Origin: Candidatus Poribacteria bacterium
GTDB taxonomy: Bacteria > Poribacteria > WGA-4E > WGA-3G
Direction: 5' to 3'
NCBI GenBank assembly: GCA_963663765.2
Contig: CAXXUA010000011.1
Span: 1-64,000, forward strand
Length of the DNA: 64,000 nucleotides
In this document: positions 60,370-64,000 of the stretch, one piece after another
Layout of the letters: the number at the start of each line of letters is the position of its first letter
Numbering within the stretch: the stretch's first letter is position 1
Notes under the pieces: generated by a model
Databases searched by the model: none
Told to the model about the DNA's origin: nothing
The model's input: only the letters and a program-made list of their open reading frames with translations
Position numbers and translations under genes: made by a program

Positions 60370-61086
60370 CAGGGTTATTCTGTTTTCAATTTATTAAGTA
60401 AATTCTATCACAGTCGTTAATCCTTGAGTTAGTTTTTTTGGTGGAGTAACCTCATTCTTTGTCTGTGTCAGGATTTTCAAATCAAGAAATCAACTGTATG
60501 AATGCTATAAAGCATTCCCCCAAATCAACTGTATGAATGCCTTATGGCATTCCCCGGGATTAGCAGATTATCAAGATTTTCTCATCCAATCCTATTCCAA
60601 AAGAGAGCATAAAGGCATATCAAAAACCCTTGATGAGGTAAATCCTGAAAATCTGGTAATCCTGAAAATCCTGGTTCTGATAACAGAGGACGCAACAACC
60701 CAGAATAGGGTATATTGCTTCAAAATGGCATATCCAGGATAAAATTAGGATTACCCGATTAATAAATAATAAATTAATCTTCATAACCCAACCCCATGGG
60801 CGTCAATTTAAGTAAGAAGTTCTCTTATCTTGTGTAAGTGAAACCTTGGATGTTCTAATTCCTTCAGATGGCACCTTTATTGTAGTGGCGGGGTTTTTCC
60901 CCGCCCGATTGGAAGTTCGTTTACACGGACGAGGTGACCTCGCCCCTACAATGTGTACGAGGATTAGCTGCCTTAAATTGTCGATTATGGAGTAAGGTTA
61001 CCCAATCCCTACAAAAGTGTTATGTGCGATCCTATCGCGGCGTGTAAACATATTTTCGGATTCTACTATAAAACTGAATAACCCTG
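60370..61086. repeat. Composite repeat cluster bounded by CAGGGTTATTC-type inverted ends
   Basis: Ends at 60370 and 61086; includes an inverted copy of 18620-18810 and several REPs. Confidence 0.55.
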
Positions 61087-61135
61087 AAGTAATACGAACA
61101 ACCCATGACGGATTCAGGACTCTTGGAGATATTTA

Positions 61136-63274
61136 ATGGCAAATAAAAAATCAGTAATTCCTTCACCCGTAGATGTTAATAAAAGTGATGTCACAACTTG
61201 GTCACTTCCTGATGGAGCGTTTGCGCGTTTAGGGCGCGGCTGGGTGGTTGATATATCATTTTCTCCAGACAAACGTTATCTTGCAGTCGGAACCTGGATG
61301 GGACTTTGGTTGTATGACTTGGAAACGCTATCTCCAGTTACTCTCTGGGAAACGGAACGGGGTATGGTGGGACGCGTCGCCTTTTCACCTAACGGTAAAT
61401 GGATTGCTACCAGCAATTCAGACCATATTCTAAAAATATTGGACATCCTGACCGGTGAATGTATAGCAGAAACAGAAACGGATGATTATATCTCTGGACT
61501 GATGTTTTCACCTGATAGTCAATATCTTGCAGCCGCGTATGCAAGTTCTTCTACCGTGGAAATCTGGCAAACTGAAACATATGAATCTGTGAGACAGTAT
61601 TATCCATATATTGATTTTGCCAGTTTCTACAGACCTATCAGTATCTCACCTGATTCGCAATTGATAGCATCTACATTTAGCAGTGAAACATATCACAAGG
61701 CAGATGAAATAGTAATTTGGGAAGTTGGCAATGAGGAACAAATTGCAGTCCTCAACGACCATACATCTTGGGTATCGACGCTTTGCTTTTCTCCGTGTGG
61801 GAAGTTCCTCGCTTCCGGTGGTGAAGATGGTACTGTGTACGTTTGGGACGTTAGGACATGGCAACAGGTGCAATGTTTTACTGAATATGGTGCAGTATAT
61901 CGTATATTTCCTTCTTGGACACCCGATGGCATTCTACGTGCAGCAATTGTCCATTATGACGAGACTGGTCCAGCTATTATCTCGATCCGTGACCTTGTAA
62001 GTGATGAGCAACTTTACAAGGATCAATTTTGGGGCAATACCATAGATTTTTCCTGCATTGGTGATTGGGGTAACACGGTAGAATTTTCAAACGGTTCCCA
62101 AATTGCTTACGTATGCAGACACGAATTTATCAACGTATGGACAGTTGCTAATCCTAACAAACGTCAATTCACGCATTCACCTATCTCATTTCCGACCTCA
62201 ATGGTATTTTCAAATGATGGAAAGACGTTAGCCGTTCAGCATCATCATGAGGGTGTTGTTTTATGGGATATTGCGAGTAAACGTTCACGTTCAGCAGTGA
62301 ATGCGGGAACAGCAGGCAAAAATCAGTTTGTATATAATACCGATAGTGGAAAACTCTATGTTGCAAGTATTAAAGATGATAATGTTAGACTTTGGGAAGC
62401 TGATGCGAATGGTGTTCCGCTTACTGAAGGGACTGGACGAAAATACTGGAGTGCTTTTCCTGCATTATCACCAACAGGCACACTATTCACTTATGCTAAT
62501 GAAGATGGAATCCTGAAGGTGTGGGATGTACAAAGAGGGAAACAGAAAAATCAATTGACCCATCCTCTTAAGACTGATATTGACATCTATGAAGAACTTG
62601 GAGCAGATGATTTTGATGATGATTTTGATGATGAGGATGATGATTTTGATGAAGAGGATCGTGATAAGATTAAAACGTTGAAATTCAGTAATGATGGAAG
62701 AATACTTGCAAGTGAGTCAAAGTTTGGTGGCATCAAACTATGGGACATGCAGAGTAGAAAAGAGATTGGGAGTTTTTCTTCTGATATTGTTCCAGCAATC
62801 ATGGGTTTTTCTCCGTGTGGACAGTATTTAGCTTGTAATGGCGATGAAATTCTCCTGTGGGACACCATAAATTTTAAACTCCGATTTACAGGTTTAAATT
62901 ATGGACCTTACGAATATATTGAATTTTCTCCATGTGGACGGTATTTAGCATGCAGCGGTGATGAAACATTTTTGTATGACTTGAAACAGAGTGAAATTCA
63001 TGTTCGGTTATCACTTCCACAAGCGTGTGAACGTATGTATGCTGCAGCATTTTCCGCGTGTGGTAACTACTTTGCTGCTGGTGCTTGGTGGAAACAAGGT
63101 ATGGAGAAGATGCCTATCTGTTTGTGGGAAGTAGAGGGTGGTAAGCACATTGTTACCTTTTGGGGACACGCGACAGATGTGCAAGCACTTGCATTTTCCC
63201 CTGATAACAAACTATTAGCGAGTGCAAGTTATGACGGTTCAATCTTGCTTTGGGATTTGACTCCATATCTGTAA
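61136..63274 (+). CDS. WD40 repeat protein with an acidic insertion
   Basis: GGAG RBS; DVTTWSLPDGAFARLG; ADDFDDDFDDEDDDFDEED. Confidence 0.9.
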   Translation: MANKKSVIPSPVDVNKSDVTTWSLPDGAFARLGRGWVVDISFSPDKRYLAVGTWMGLWLYDLETLSPVTLWETERGMVGRVAFSPNGKWIATSNSDHILKILDILTGECIAETETDDYISGLMFSPDSQYLAAAYASSSTVEIWQTETYESVRQYYPYIDFASFYRPISISPDSQLIASTFSSETYHKADEIVIWEVGNEEQIAVLNDHTSWVSTLCFSPCGKFLASGGEDGTVYVWDVRTWQQVQCFTEYGAVYRIFPSWTPDGILRAAIVHYDETGPAIISIRDLVSDEQLYKDQFWGNTIDFSCIGDWGNTVEFSNGSQIAYVCRHEFINVWTVANPNKRQFTHSPISFPTSMVFSNDGKTLAVQHHHEGVVLWDIASKRSRSAVNAGTAGKNQFVYNTDSGKLYVASIKDDNVRLWEADANGVPLTEGTGRKYWSAFPALSPTGTLFTYANEDGILKVWDVQRGKQKNQLTHPLKTDIDIYEELGADDFDDDFDDEDDDFDEEDRDKIKTLKFSNDGRILASESKFGGIKLWDMQSRKEIGSFSSDIVPAIMGFSPCGQYLACNGDEILLWDTINFKLRFTGLNYGPYEYIEFSPCGRYLACSGDETFLYDLKQSEIHVRLSLPQACERMYAAAFSACGNYFAAGAWWKQGMEKMPICLWEVEGGKHIVTFWGHATDVQALAFSPDNKLLASASYDGSILLWDLTPYL

Positions 63275-63299
63275 TTTTTTTTCCAATTATGACATTTTG

Positions 63300-63327
63300 G
63301 CAACCTATCCACCGAAAAAACGCGTCA
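63300..63327 (+). promoter_or_regulatory. ECF-type promoter GCAACC-N17-CGTC
   Basis: Matches 49291-49318, including AAACGCGTCA. Confidence 0.65.
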
Positions 63328-63340
63328 CCAATAATTGTAA

Positions 63341-63494
63341 TTCCAATTCAAATAAATCTTGTCTCATTAAGGAATTCTACTGTTTACTGGCAGGGGGTTA
63401 CTCTCTTCGGTAGGAGCGACCTTCCGGTCGCGACCGGAAGGTCGCTCCTACCAGATTTCCGCTGCTAATGAGACATTATCACATGAAAATGGTA
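63341..63494. mobile_element. 154-bp MITE, TSD TAA
   Basis: TAA at 63338-63340 and 63495-63497; near-identical to 33799-33952. Confidence 0.9.
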
Positions 63495-63521
63495 TAAGCA
63501 TAAATTGATTACGGGAGTTCT

Positions 63522-64000
63522 ATGATAGAAAGAGATGATTTTAAACTAATCCACAGGACATTGTCAGGTGACGAGGCTGCTTTCGTCGAAGGAGACGATG
63601 TGACAACATGGTCACTTCCTGATGGCGCGATTGCGCGGCTAGAACGTGGCGGTGTACACGATTTGGCATTTTCTCCCGATGGTTACCATCTTGCTGTCAC
63701 AACAAAAATTGGGATATGGTGGTATGAAATCACAACTATGTCACCAATTGCCTTGTGGGACACACAACGTGGAATGATTGATGATATCGTTTTCTCACCT
63801 AATGGAAAATGGATAGCCACCAGCAATTCGGATATGGTCCTCAAGGTGTGGGATGTACAGCAAGGTAAATGTACCACACGGATTGAAGCAGTGGATTATT
63901 GGGATTCTTTCACCTTTTCTTCCGATAACCTTTGGCTTGCTACCATTAACAGGTCAACTCCAAATATAGAAATCAGGTCACATGAAACCGGTGAAATCGT
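63522..64000 (+). CDS. WD40 protein retaining only the first sigma helix (partial; runs off the window)
   Basis: Manual translation MIERDDFKLIHRTLSGDEAAFVEGDDVTTWSLPDGAIARL...; GGGAG RBS. Confidence 0.8.
   Translation, partial: MIERDDFKLIHRTLSGDEAAFVEGDDVTTWSLPDGAIARLERGGVHDLAFSPDGYHLAVTTKIGIWWYEITTMSPIALWDTQRGMIDDIVFSPNGKWIATSNSDMVLKVWDVQQGKCTTRIEAVDYWDSFTFSSDNLWLATINRSTPNIEIRSHETGEI

Noticed and set aside
50590-62300. Diversity-generating retroelement TR/VR pair
   Set aside because: Differences are not adenine-specific, both copies are coding, and no reverse transcriptase is present.

Overview
Bacterial chromosomal segment with roughly 40% GC by eye. Gene content resembles Candidatus Poribacteria (inference only): ECF sigma/WD40 fusions, a PhyH dioxygenase, a sulfatase with a FlgD/T9SS-like C-terminal domain, Gfo/Idh/MocA enzymes and dense GTAG-type REPs. 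Bases 1-3.5 kb hold a decayed orphan terminase-large-subunit-like gene interrupted by an intact IS630. Bases 3.5-4.7 kb hold a 20-unit REP-derived array inside a MITE. Bases 5-45.5 kb hold housekeeping and sugar-metabolism genes: a nonulosonic-acid-type trio, argD, ispE-tRNA-Gln-rplY-amidase-GerMN-pth, holB-Rpn-tmk, aroQ and others. Bases 45.9-64 kb hold a tandem array of seven paralogous WD40 genes, three fused to ECF sigma factors. Most interesting signals: (1) each sigma-WD40 fusion has an internal RBS+ATG at the domain junction, with conserved ECF-type promoters, a slippery frameshift and a sigma-deleted paralog; (2) a 34-59 bp hairpin element without TIRs or TSDs inserts into other repeats; (3) MITEs are nested several deep, and one forms a 7x head-to-tail concatemer; (4) the Rpn gene has an internal start; (5) tRNA-Gln has an A1-U72 pair. 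No database searches were run, so family calls rest on recognised motifs.
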